39,583 nucleotides of DNA, from sequence record SRR22947725_2655. The stretch is one strand, 5' to 3'. Numbering within the stretch: the stretch's first letter is position 1; every line of letters starts with the position of its first letter. A program made the position numbers and the translations under genes. Of this stretch, positions 20,065-28,916 are shown piece after piece. Below the pieces are notes generated by a model. It worked only from the letters and a program-made list of their open reading frames with translations, did no database searches and had not been told where the DNA came from.

Positions 20065-20079
20065 AATTATAAAAACAAT

Positions 20080-20922
20080 TTACATTCCATCAGGACATTG
20101 TGTCAAGTAGGATTTACTAGCAGTTGCTTCTGCAGAGAAACCATAAGGCTCAATTATAGCTGCAAATTCACCAGTAGCTTTCAACATAGCCAAAGCCATA
20201 TTGTATTCAGATCTAAACTCTAAATCATCCTTGTTAAATGCTGCACCAGCACAACCCATTGGAACACCAGTAACTGGCATTATTAATTCAAGGTTTGGAT
20301 CATTAGTCTTGTTAAGAAGATCTGCTGTACCTAACCCAGATAGAGCAAATACATCAACTCTACCTTGTTGAAGCATTTTTATACCGCTTGGAGGTGCATC
20401 AAAATAAATAATTTGATCAGCACTTACACCACGCTCTAAAGCATATTTCTCTTCAGCACAACCAGCACAAGTAGTCATTTTTAATGCAGGATTAGCTGCA
20501 ATGTCTTCATAAGTTAGTAGGTTGTTTGGATTTCCAGCTGGAACCGCAAACGCCTCTGCACCACAAAGGTCAGGCTCAGAATAAATAATAGACTCACATC
20601 TACCAGGCTTAATATAAAGACCAGAAGTTGCCATATCAACTCTTCTTGCTTGAAGCGCTGGAATCATAGCACCGTACATAATAACTTCAGCTTTAAGTTC
20701 TGGAACACCCAGGACTGCAAGCACAGCGCGTGCAACATCTGGTGCAGCTCCAGTCACATATCCATCAGATTTGATATCACTATAGGGAGGTTCATTGGCA
20801 ACAGCAACTGTTGCGTAACCTTGTTTCTTAAGTTTTTTTAATGTATCAGATTCTGCAGATGAAGTCTGCGTGAAACCTAGTACAAGAAAAAAACAGGTAA
20901 ATAACGTAATAATTTTTTTCAC
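20080..20922 (-). CDS. ehuB: Ectoine/hydroxyectoine-type ABC substrate-binding protein EhuB
   Basis: GTG start at 20922 after an AAGGAG SD, and a signal peptide. ANEPPY, MIPALQARRVD, LYIKPGRC and GNP motifs. Confidence 0.82.
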   Translation of the reverse strand: MKKIITLFTCFFLVLGFTQTSSAESDTLKKLKKQGYATVAVANEPPYSDIKSDGYVTGAAPDVARAVLAVLGVPELKAEVIMYGAMIPALQARRVDMATSGLYIKPGRCESIIYSEPDLCGAEAFAVPAGNPNNLLTYEDIAANPALKMTTCAGCAEEKYALERGVSADQIIYFDAPPSGIKMLQQGRVDVFALSGLGTADLLNKTNDPNLELIMPVTGVPMGCAGAAFNKDDLEFRSEYNMALAMLKATGEFAAIIEPYGFSAEATASKSYLTQCPDGM

Positions 20923-20999
20923 TACTTTCTCCTTTTTTATTAATTGGGAAATAAAGTTTAACATTAACATAAAGATTAGAATTATTTTAATAAGACATT

Positions 21000-21020
21000 T
21001 TTTGCATAATTTACGCAAAA
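21000..21020. promoter_or_regulatory. Imperfect palindrome, candidate operator between the divergent ehuB and Lrp genes
   Basis: TTTTGC-A-TAA-T-TTA-C-GCAAAA, with 9 of 10 positions symmetric. Confidence 0.4.
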
Positions 21021-21060
21021 TTTAAGATTATTTAAATAAATTATGTGATAATTGAGGTAT

Positions 21061-21525
21061 ATGAAAAATTTAGACAGTTTTGATCGAAAAATTCTAAAAA
21101 TTGTTCAGAGTAACAATAGAGTTACCTCTGAGAAATTAGCAAAAGATGTGGGGCTTTCATCCTCAGCATGCCAAAGAAGATTAAATTCAATGCGTAAGCA
21201 TGGAGTCATCAAAAAAGATGTTTCAGTTCTTGATAGAAATAAACTAAATAGAAAAATAACTATAGTAGTTCAGATTTTGAGTGATTTTGAAAGCACAGAG
21301 CATGATAATAAGTTTAAAAAAGCAATGCAAAAAGCTCCAGAAGTGATGCAGTGTTATTATGTAACGGGAGATTATGATTACGTTTTGACTGCTACCTTTG
21401 AGGAAATGGGTGACTATGAGGAGTTTACAAAAAAGTATTTCTTGGAAGACCCCAATATAAAGCGATTTAACTCAATGGTTGTTATGAACCAAGTGAAAGA
21501 AAATTCGACTATTCCAATTAATTAA
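21061..21525 (+). CDS. Lrp/AsnC family transcriptional regulator
   Basis: LDSFDRKIL...VGLSSSACQRR helix-turn-helix and PEVMQCYYVTGDYDY. ATG at 21061 after GAGG. Confidence 0.93.
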   Translation: MKNLDSFDRKILKIVQSNNRVTSEKLAKDVGLSSSACQRRLNSMRKHGVIKKDVSVLDRNKLNRKITIVVQILSDFESTEHDNKFKKAMQKAPEVMQCYYVTGDYDYVLTATFEEMGDYEEFTKKYFLEDPNIKRFNSMVVMNQVKENSTIPIN

Positions 21526-22294
21526 CGTTGTTAATGAATTTCTTTAAAAATTCTTTAGTTCGCTTCTCTTTAGGATCTGAAAACATATTTTCAGGGGCGC
21601 CAGACTCTACAATCTGACCACCATCAAAAAACAATACCCTGTCAGCAAACTCCCTAGCAAAATTCATTTCATGAGTTACAGTTAACATTGTTGTGTCAGA
21701 ATCGGATGCCAATTTGCGCAGAACGGTTAATACTTCATCAACAAGTTCTGGATCTAGGGCCGATGTAACTTCATCAAACAACATAATTTTTGGATCCATA
21801 GCAAGCGCTCTTGCAATTGCTACTCGCTGTTGTTGTCCACCTGATAATTGGTGAGGATAATGATTAATCTTGTCACCCAGACCGACCAAGTTAAATAGTT
21901 CTTCTGCTTTTTCTTTTGCCTCAGCTTCAGATTTCTTTTTTATTAAAGTTTGCGGCTGCTTCACATTTTCTATTGCAGTTAAATGAGGAAACAGATTGAA
22001 TTGTTGGAAGACCATACCTATATGATCTCGCATCTTATGTAAATGATTTTCAGAAGCAGGAATAATTTTTCCATCACTTTTTTCATGCCACAAATATTCA
22101 TCATTAACTGAAACAAAACCATCATCGATAGTTTCTAGCGTCATTAGAATTCTTAAAATTGTTGTTTTTCCTGAACCACTAGGCCCAATTAAGGCTAATT
22201 TTTCTCCATCTTTAACTTCCATATTTAAATTGTTTAAAACTTGTAAATCACCAAAAGACTTTGAAACATTTTCAAACTTTATAATATTTTCCAT
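21518..22294 (-). CDS. ehuA: Ectoine/hydroxyectoine-type ABC ATPase EhuA
   Basis: Walker A GPSGSGKTTILRILMTLE, plus LSGGQQQR and LFDEVTSALDPE. Confidence 0.85.
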   Translation of the reverse strand: MENIIKFENVSKSFGDLQVLNNLNMEVKDGEKLALIGPSGSGKTTILRILMTLETIDDGFVSVNDEYLWHEKSDGKIIPASENHLHKMRDHIGMVFQQFNLFPHLTAIENVKQPQTLIKKKSEAEAKEKAEELFNLVGLGDKINHYPHQLSGGQQQRVAIARALAMDPKIMLFDEVTSALDPELVDEVLTVLRKLASDSDTTMLTVTHEMNFAREFADRVLFFDGGQIVESGAPENMFSDPKEKRTKEFLKKFINNVN

Positions 22295-22324
22295 AGAATG
22301 TATTTAATTAATATTTGAGTTAAG

Positions 22325-24613
22325 TTATTTAAGATTTTCTGGACTTTTAAATATGTTGACATCCATAATTTCTTCTTTGTTTGCTTTTTTTAATTCAACC
22401 AAAGTTGTATGACATGTAGGACCTTGACCTAAAGATGAAGTTCCTATGTCCTTAGTCAGCACATTGGGATTTCCATGTCTCTCAATGTTTAAATCATAAT
22501 CTGGATCAAACCATGCACCAGTTGATAAAACAACAACTCCAGGCATCACAGTGTCAGAAATATTTGCTCCAGCCAAAACTTTGCCACGAGCATTATATAA
22601 CAGAACAATATCACCATTTTCAATATCTCTGTTTAATGCATCATTAGAGTTAATCAAAACAGGCTCCCTTCCATTTATTTTGCTATTTTGGCTATCCAAG
22701 CCATTATCAAGCTGACTGTGAAGCCTATGTTTTGGTTGACTTGAAATGAGGTGTAATGAGTAGTTTTTAATGTTTCCTAGCCATTCATAGGGTTCAAACC
22801 AGTGGGGATGAGATAAACAATCTTTTAACTGAAAACTTTCAATAGTCTTAGATGATATTTCAATCTTGCCTGATGGCGTCTTTAATGGAAATTTATTTGG
22901 ATCTTTTCTAAAATCAGACAGCATAATATTTTCAAGTTTTGGAGCAGGCAGCTCATAGAAGCCTTTTTCCCAAAATTCTTCAAAACTCGGTAAAGTTAAA
23001 TTTTTTTCTTTAATAGCCTCTGAACTTTTATCCCATATATATTGTATCCAGTCCATTTCACTTTTATTTTCAGTAAATGAATCTAAAAAGCCAAGTTTTT
23101 TCGCTAGTCCAGAGAATATTTCATAATCAGTTTTTGAATCTTTAAAGCTTTGCATGGCGCACTTATTGGCAACAATTGTTGGGTCCCTTGGATTGAGCAT
23201 TAAATCATTGCGCTCTAGGGCGGTATTAGCTGGAAAAATAATATCAGCATGGCGAGCTTGCGGGTTCCACCAAATTTCATTAACAATAATAGTATTAGGC
23301 TTTTGCCAAGCCTTGACAAGTCTATTAAGATCCTGATGATGATGAAAAGGATTTCCACCTGCCCAATAAATTAATTTTATGTCAGGATATCTTAATTTCT
23401 GACCATCATAATCAAACTCTTCTCCTGGGCTTTCTAGCATGTCAGTTATTCTTGCAACTGGAATAAAATCTTTTACCTTGTTTGTTCCTTGAGGTAAGCT
23501 TTTCCATGGCATCCTTTGAAATGAATCGCCTGTACTATTTACGCTTGAATATCCAAACCCAAAGCCACCACTTGCAGTTCCTATTTGCCCTAACATAGCT
23601 GCAAGAGTAATTCCCATCCACAATGGCTGTTCTCCTCTTGAAGCTCTTTGAAGGCTCCAAGATATAGAAATCATTGTTTTTTTTGTAATTATTAGGTCGG
23701 CTAATTCATAGATTGTTTTAATTGGAATACTAGTAATACTTGAAGCCCACTCAGGACTGCATTCTTGGCTATCTTTTTTACCTAATACGTAATCTGCAAA
23801 ACTATCAAACCCTACAGTGTAATCCCTAATAAAGTCCTTATTGTAAGAGTCATTTTTGATCAAAATGAAAGCAAGAGATAACATTAAAGCGGTATCTGTA
23901 TTGGGTCTAATTTGAACTTGCTTAGCATTTAAAAAATCAGGAGAGTCAGCTATCAGAGGGCTAATATTTACAAATTCAACCCCATTATCAAAGCACTTTT
24001 TTATACCTAACTCAGTGGTGTGTTTTCCAACTCCACCAGCTGAAACTTTAGAATTTTTTAAGGGCATTCCGCCAAACATTAATACTAACTCACAGTCTGA
24101 AGATAAAGCATTCCAAGTAGTGTGATCCTCTAATGTTGAATAAAGATCCGCACCAATTATATGGGGTAGAAGAGTTTGGGCTGCGGCATAAGAGTAGCTT
24201 TGAAAAGAAGAACTAAAGCCTCCAAATAAATTAAAGAAGCGATTAACTTGACTTTTTGCGTGATGAAATCTGCCAGCACTTGCCCATCCATAAGAGCCAG
24301 CAAAAATAGCTGAATTGCCATACGTATTTTTTGTTTGTAAAAGTTCCTCAGAAGCGAGTTCAAATGCTTTATCCCAGCTTATAGGGATAAAGTCATCTTT
24401 ACCTCTTTTGCCATCACTTTTGCCTTTATTTTCCAACCATCCTTTTCTTACAAACGGTTGAGTAATTCTTAGACTGTCATTAGCAGCATCAGCTAAGCCC
24501 AAACCGAATTTAGTGGGGGAGGAGTCTAGATTCCAATTCGCTAACTTTATTTTTTTATTAGCATCTCTTGAAAAACTATATGTTCCCCAGTGTGTGCTCA
24601 CATAATTTGACAT
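22325..24613 (-). CDS. Cytoplasmic molybdopterin S/N-oxide reductase (BisC/DorA/TorA family)
   Basis: THWG, GSYGWASAGRFH, SYSYAAAQ (Ser ligand), WAGGNPFHHHQD and RLHSQL motifs. No Tat signal or Fe-S motif. Confidence 0.88.
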   Translation of the reverse strand: MSNYVSTHWGTYSFSRDANKKIKLANWNLDSSPTKFGLGLADAANDSLRITQPFVRKGWLENKGKSDGKRGKDDFIPISWDKAFELASEELLQTKNTYGNSAIFAGSYGWASAGRFHHAKSQVNRFFNLFGGFSSSFQSYSYAAAQTLLPHIIGADLYSTLEDHTTWNALSSDCELVLMFGGMPLKNSKVSAGGVGKHTTELGIKKCFDNGVEFVNISPLIADSPDFLNAKQVQIRPNTDTALMLSLAFILIKNDSYNKDFIRDYTVGFDSFADYVLGKKDSQECSPEWASSITSIPIKTIYELADLIITKKTMISISWSLQRASRGEQPLWMGITLAAMLGQIGTASGGFGFGYSSVNSTGDSFQRMPWKSLPQGTNKVKDFIPVARITDMLESPGEEFDYDGQKLRYPDIKLIYWAGGNPFHHHQDLNRLVKAWQKPNTIIVNEIWWNPQARHADIIFPANTALERNDLMLNPRDPTIVANKCAMQSFKDSKTDYEIFSGLAKKLGFLDSFTENKSEMDWIQYIWDKSSEAIKEKNLTLPSFEEFWEKGFYELPAPKLENIMLSDFRKDPNKFPLKTPSGKIEISSKTIESFQLKDCLSHPHWFEPYEWLGNIKNYSLHLISSQPKHRLHSQLDNGLDSQNSKINGREPVLINSNDALNRDIENGDIVLLYNARGKVLAGANISDTVMPGVVVLSTGAWFDPDYDLNIERHGNPNVLTKDIGTSSLGQGPTCHTTLVELKKANKEEIMDVNIFKSPENLK

Positions 24614-24758
24614 TGAAAAATCAAATTCATTAAATTAATCTGATTTTAACACCATGTCTCTGAAAGCTAGTTTAATAATAATAGTCTAAAAACTGAAAAT
24701 CAAAGTAGTCACATTGTTAATAATGACTTTAAACTTCAAAAAAAGATCTAATTTAAAG

Positions 24759-25067
24759 TCATTTTTTGCAAGCCCAATTACAAAGTTCAGTGAGTACTGG
24801 AATTCCCGATTTTCCAAACGCAGTCAAGGAGTACTCAACTTTAGGCGGAATAACTTCATAAACTTTTCGTTTTATAAGATTATCTTTTGCCATTTCTTTG
24901 AGTTGTTTAGAGAGCATTTGTTGAGTAATATCTCCAACAGCTCTCTGAAGTTCTCCAAATCGCATTTTTTTTTGAGATAATTGCCAGAGAATACAAAGCT
25001 TCCACTTCCCTCCAATAAGTTTTATAGCGGCAGTTGTAGGGGCTTCATTTATGTTAATTTTTCTCAT
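24759..25067 (-). CDS. HxlR/DUF24 family winged-helix regulator
   Basis: IGGKWK, RFGEL, ITQQMLSKQLKE and PPKVEYSLT motifs. Confidence 0.93.
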   Translation of the reverse strand: MRKININEAPTTAAIKLIGGKWKLCILWQLSQKKMRFGELQRAVGDITQQMLSKQLKEMAKDNLIKRKVYEVIPPKVEYSLTAFGKSGIPVLTELCNWACKK

Positions 25068-25175
25068 AACAGTATGATTTTAGTTAGTAGTATTAGTTTA
25101 GTTTGTACTTGTAAAATTGTAATATACCACTAAAATACATTCCTTTCAAATTAATCTATTAAGAGGTATAAATAA

Positions 25176-26189
25176 ATGAAGTCGTTAATGATTACAAAGT
25201 ACGGTGATATAGATTCGAGTTTAGAGAAACAAGAAGTACCAAAACCAATAATTGAAGCAAATCAAATCTTAATCAAAACATACTCATCAAGTTTCAATCC
25301 ATATGATTACAAAGTTGTCAAAGGTGATTTTAAAGCCATGGGAAAAATCTCTTTCCCTATAGGAATTGGAAGGGATGTAAGTGGCATTGTTGAAGAGGTT
25401 GGCAAGAGCGTAAAAAAGTTTAAGGTTGGCGACAAAGTCTATTCAAGACCTAATGAGAGCTCTCTTGGTACTATGGCTGAATATGTTGTATCCAATATTG
25501 AGGATACTGCACTAATGCCATCAAATCTAAACTTTGATGAGTCTGCAAGCATTCCTGTTGTGGGTCTTACAACATACCAGGCATTTGTCGATATAGCAAA
25601 ACTCTCAAAGGGCGAAAGTATATTGATTCATGCTGGATCTGGCGGTGTTGGAACTTTTGCTATTCAGCTCGCAAAACATCTTGGAGCGAAAGTGACCACA
25701 ACCACAAGCACTAAAAATATTTCATTTGTTAAAAGCTTAGGTGCTGATAAAGTTATCGATTACACTTCGCAAAACTATCTTGATGAAGGTGCTGTATTTG
25801 ATGTGGTCTATGACACTCTAGGTAGTAATTATACTCTAGACTCATTTAAAGTCCTTAAGAATGGTGGTAGAGTAGTATCTATTGCAGGAACTGTTGATAG
25901 TATTACTGCTGAGCAATTTGGCTTAAACAGGTTTATTCGAATGATCTTATCTTTTCAAGCAAGGAAAGTTACTAAAACTGCGGCAAAGATGAATGCTATG
26001 TATAGATTTTTATTTATGTCTCCTAATGGCGATCAGCTTGAGGAGCTGGCAAAGTTATATGAATCTGGCTCAATCAAGCCTTTGATAGATAAAGTTTATA
26101 ATTTTGATGAAGGCGTACAGGCTCTCGAGTACTTAGCCAAAGGGCGCGCAAAAGGCAAAGTTATTGTGAAAATAAGAGAAGATATTTAA
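25176..26189 (+). CDS. NADP-dependent oxidoreductase (MDR/quinone reductase-like)
   Basis: NPYDYK, IHAGSGGVGTFAIQLAK and GRAKGKVI motifs. Divergent from the HxlR gene. Confidence 0.9.
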   Translation: MKSLMITKYGDIDSSLEKQEVPKPIIEANQILIKTYSSSFNPYDYKVVKGDFKAMGKISFPIGIGRDVSGIVEEVGKSVKKFKVGDKVYSRPNESSLGTMAEYVVSNIEDTALMPSNLNFDESASIPVVGLTTYQAFVDIAKLSKGESILIHAGSGGVGTFAIQLAKHLGAKVTTTTSTKNISFVKSLGADKVIDYTSQNYLDEGAVFDVVYDTLGSNYTLDSFKVLKNGGRVVSIAGTVDSITAEQFGLNRFIRMILSFQARKVTKTAAKMNAMYRFLFMSPNGDQLEELAKLYESGSIKPLIDKVYNFDEGVQALEYLAKGRAKGKVIVKIREDI

Positions 26190-26191
26190 AC

Positions 26192-27307
26192 CTAATTGAA
26201 GGGGATTGAGGTCACTTTTGCTGACCTTGTTCCCCAAGGTGTTTCAACTTTCACCTCCGTGTCAATCTCATTATGACTATTGTTAATTGTTGCCATCGCC
26301 ATATTTATTTTTAATCGTGGTGAATAGGCTGCACTTGAAACTTTACCGCAAATTTGATTGTCACTCTTTACCTTCCATGGGCTGGCACAACCTCCAACAA
26401 ATGGTTCACCATTGACAATGAGTCCAACAAGTTTTTTGGTTGGTCCTTCAGAGCGTATCTTGTGAAGAGCTTCTCTGCTCAAGTATTCAGCCTCTTTGTC
26501 CAGTTGACAGAAATTCCCCAATGGGAGTTCTAATGGGTTGCTATTGATATCCATGTCATTTCCCCATGAAAACAGTCCTGACTCAACCCTTTCGATATTG
26601 TTAGGTGTTCCTGGCTTAATGTCATATTTCTTTCCAGCAGCAGCAACGATGTCCCATAACTTATCACCTTGTGATCCGTCTCGAAGATAGAGCTCAAAGC
26701 CTCCTTGTTTGCTCCAGCCTGACTTTTGAACAATAAGAGGGATTCCCTCAAGTTCACACTCTCTAAAAAAGAAGTACTTAACATCTTTAACCCAGTCACC
26801 AAATAAATCAATCATTAAAGGTAAATGGTTAGGGCCCTGAATTGCTAGGGGAGAGACATCTGGCTCACAAATTTTAACGTCCCATCCAAGTCCACAGGCA
26901 AGCCCTCGAGTCCAAAGGAGTAAGTCACTATCTGCAATCGATAACCAAAAATGACTCTCGCCTAATCTCAAAATGATAGGATCATTAATGATTCCTCCAT
27001 CTTCATCAGTAATTAGCGCGTATTTTCCTTGCCCAATCTGTAATTTTGAAAGGTCTCTTGAGGTAATATATTCGACAAATTTAAAGGCATCAGTTCCAGT
27101 AATTTCTACTTGACGTTCTGCTGCCACATCCCACATAGTGACGTTATTCATCAAATTCCAGTAATCTGCCTCAGCGCCTTCATATGAGGTAGGCATAATC
27201 ATGTGATTGTATATGGTAAAAGTTTTAGCACCTGCTCTTAAAGTAGCCTCATAATAAGGCGATTTTCTTAAGCGATCTGATAGTGTAAAGTTGACATGTC
27301 CTTCCAT
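26192..27307 (-). CDS. DmdA-like GcvT-family THF-dependent demethylase (possible DMSP demethylase)
   Basis: YNHM, WDVAAERQVEI, WLSIADSD, SGWSKQGG and PNNIERVES resemble DmdA. No gcvH or gcvP nearby. Confidence 0.75.
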   Translation of the reverse strand: MEGHVNFTLSDRLRKSPYYEATLRAGAKTFTIYNHMIMPTSYEGAEADYWNLMNNVTMWDVAAERQVEITGTDAFKFVEYITSRDLSKLQIGQGKYALITDEDGGIINDPIILRLGESHFWLSIADSDLLLWTRGLACGLGWDVKICEPDVSPLAIQGPNHLPLMIDLFGDWVKDVKYFFFRECELEGIPLIVQKSGWSKQGGFELYLRDGSQGDKLWDIVAAAGKKYDIKPGTPNNIERVESGLFSWGNDMDINSNPLELPLGNFCQLDKEAEYLSREALHKIRSEGPTKKLVGLIVNGEPFVGGCASPWKVKSDNQICGKVSSAAYSPRLKINMAMATINNSHNEIDTEVKVETPWGTRSAKVTSIPFN

Positions 27308-27394
27308 TGGTGCTCCAAGTTTACGAGTTAATTTTATACTAGCTAATACTTCGGAAAAATCTGTATTTTATACCTATTTTTTTAAAATTTTCAA

Positions 27395-28768
27395 CTATAA
27401 ATCATCTGCTGAAATATTACAAGATTCAAGCCATTTTTTAAATTTCTCTTGTATATCAATTAGCGCAGTATGATCTTTTGCTTCAAAGCGTAAAACTAAA
27501 CAAGGTGTTGTATTTGATGGTCTAACGAGCCCCCAGCAATCCTCATAATCCACCCTAACACCATCGATGGTATTAATATTTGCACCTGGAAAATCTATAT
27601 GACTTGATAAAGAATCCATTGCTTCAAGCTGTTGACCATGTTTGTCAAAGTTAATATTAATTTCTGGAGTACTTAAGTTAACTGGGAACTCATCAAATAA
27701 TTCAGAGCATGACTTATTACTTTTAGAGACAATTTCCAAGAGTCTTGCTGCAGTATACAATGCATCATCAAATCCATACCAACGTTCCTTAAAGAAAATA
27801 TGGCCTGACATTTCTCCTGCAAGTGCAGCATTAGTCTCTTTTAATTTTTTCTTAATAAAGCTATGGCCAGTTCTAGACATGATAGGCTCTCCACCATTAT
27901 CTGAAATTACTTTAGGCAAAAGTGAAGTACATTTAACATCAAAGATAATTTTTGCTCCTTTGTTACGTGTAAGAACGTCTTTAGCATAGAGCATCATTTG
28001 CTGATCAGCCCAGATAATTTTACCTTTATTATCGATCAGTCCTAGCCTATCACCATCTCCATCAAAGGCAAGGCCAAGATCAGATTTAGTCTCAATAACC
28101 TCTTGAATTAAATCTTCTAAATTTTTTGGCTTTGAGGGATCGGGGTGATGATTTGGAAATCTTCCATCAACCAAACAAAAAAGTTTTGAAAGTTTTACTC
28201 CTAGGGCTTCAAATAATTGAGGTGCTATATTACCAGCAACACCATTCCCGCAATCAATGACAATATTAAGTTCTTTTTCAAGATTAATGTCTGACTTGAT
28301 TGCGTTTATATAGTCTTGATCGATATTGATAGAGGTTGAAGTGCCTGATCCAGTTTTAAAATCATTTTCTAAAATTCTTGTATAAAGTGACTGTATCTTT
28401 TCAGCTGATAGAGTCTCTCCAGCAATCATAATTTTTAATCCGTTGTATTCTGCTGGATTGTGCGATCCAGTAATCATTACACCCGATGTAGCAGCTTTCG
28501 TGTGAGTCGCAAAATAGACAACTGGAGAGGGGACCATTCCAATATAAACAACGTGACATCCACTTTCAATGAGTCCAGAAATAAGAGCTTCAGAAAGTTT
28601 GGGGCCCGTTAATCTACCATCCCTTCCAACGACAACCCCCCTTTCACCTTTCTCAATTGACTCACTTCCAACAGCTCTTCCAATTAATTTAACAATTTCA
28701 GGTGTTAATTCAGTTTCTACAATGCCTCTAATGTCGTATGCTTTAAAAATTGAACTAGGAATATTCAT
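27395..28768 (-). CDS. algC: Phosphomannomutase/phosphoglucomutase
   Basis: FKAYDIRG, TGSHNP, FDGDGDR and GEMSGH motifs. ATG at 28768. Confidence 0.93.
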   Translation of the reverse strand: MNIPSSIFKAYDIRGIVETELTPEIVKLIGRAVGSESIEKGERGVVVGRDGRLTGPKLSEALISGLIESGCHVVYIGMVPSPVVYFATHTKAATSGVMITGSHNPAEYNGLKIMIAGETLSAEKIQSLYTRILENDFKTGSGTSTSINIDQDYINAIKSDINLEKELNIVIDCGNGVAGNIAPQLFEALGVKLSKLFCLVDGRFPNHHPDPSKPKNLEDLIQEVIETKSDLGLAFDGDGDRLGLIDNKGKIIWADQQMMLYAKDVLTRNKGAKIIFDVKCTSLLPKVISDNGGEPIMSRTGHSFIKKKLKETNAALAGEMSGHIFFKERWYGFDDALYTAARLLEIVSKSNKSCSELFDEFPVNLSTPEININFDKHGQQLEAMDSLSSHIDFPGANINTIDGVRVDYEDCWGLVRPSNTTPCLVLRFEAKDHTALIDIQEKFKKWLESCNISADDL

Positions 28769-28916
28769 GAAAGATGATAATAAATACAAGAAGGGCGTAT
28801 TTTATCAAACATTTAATATCTCTTCTGAAAGTTCAAAAATATAACATTACCAGTTATGTTTAATTGCTTTTTTAAGGGATAATAGAACTCCTAAATTTTA
28901 CAAAAAAAAATAGTTT

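Noticed and set aside
20923-21018. N-terminal extension of ehuB in the ORF track
   Set aside because: The SD, GTG and signal peptide point to a start at 20922. The extension covers the divergent promoter region.
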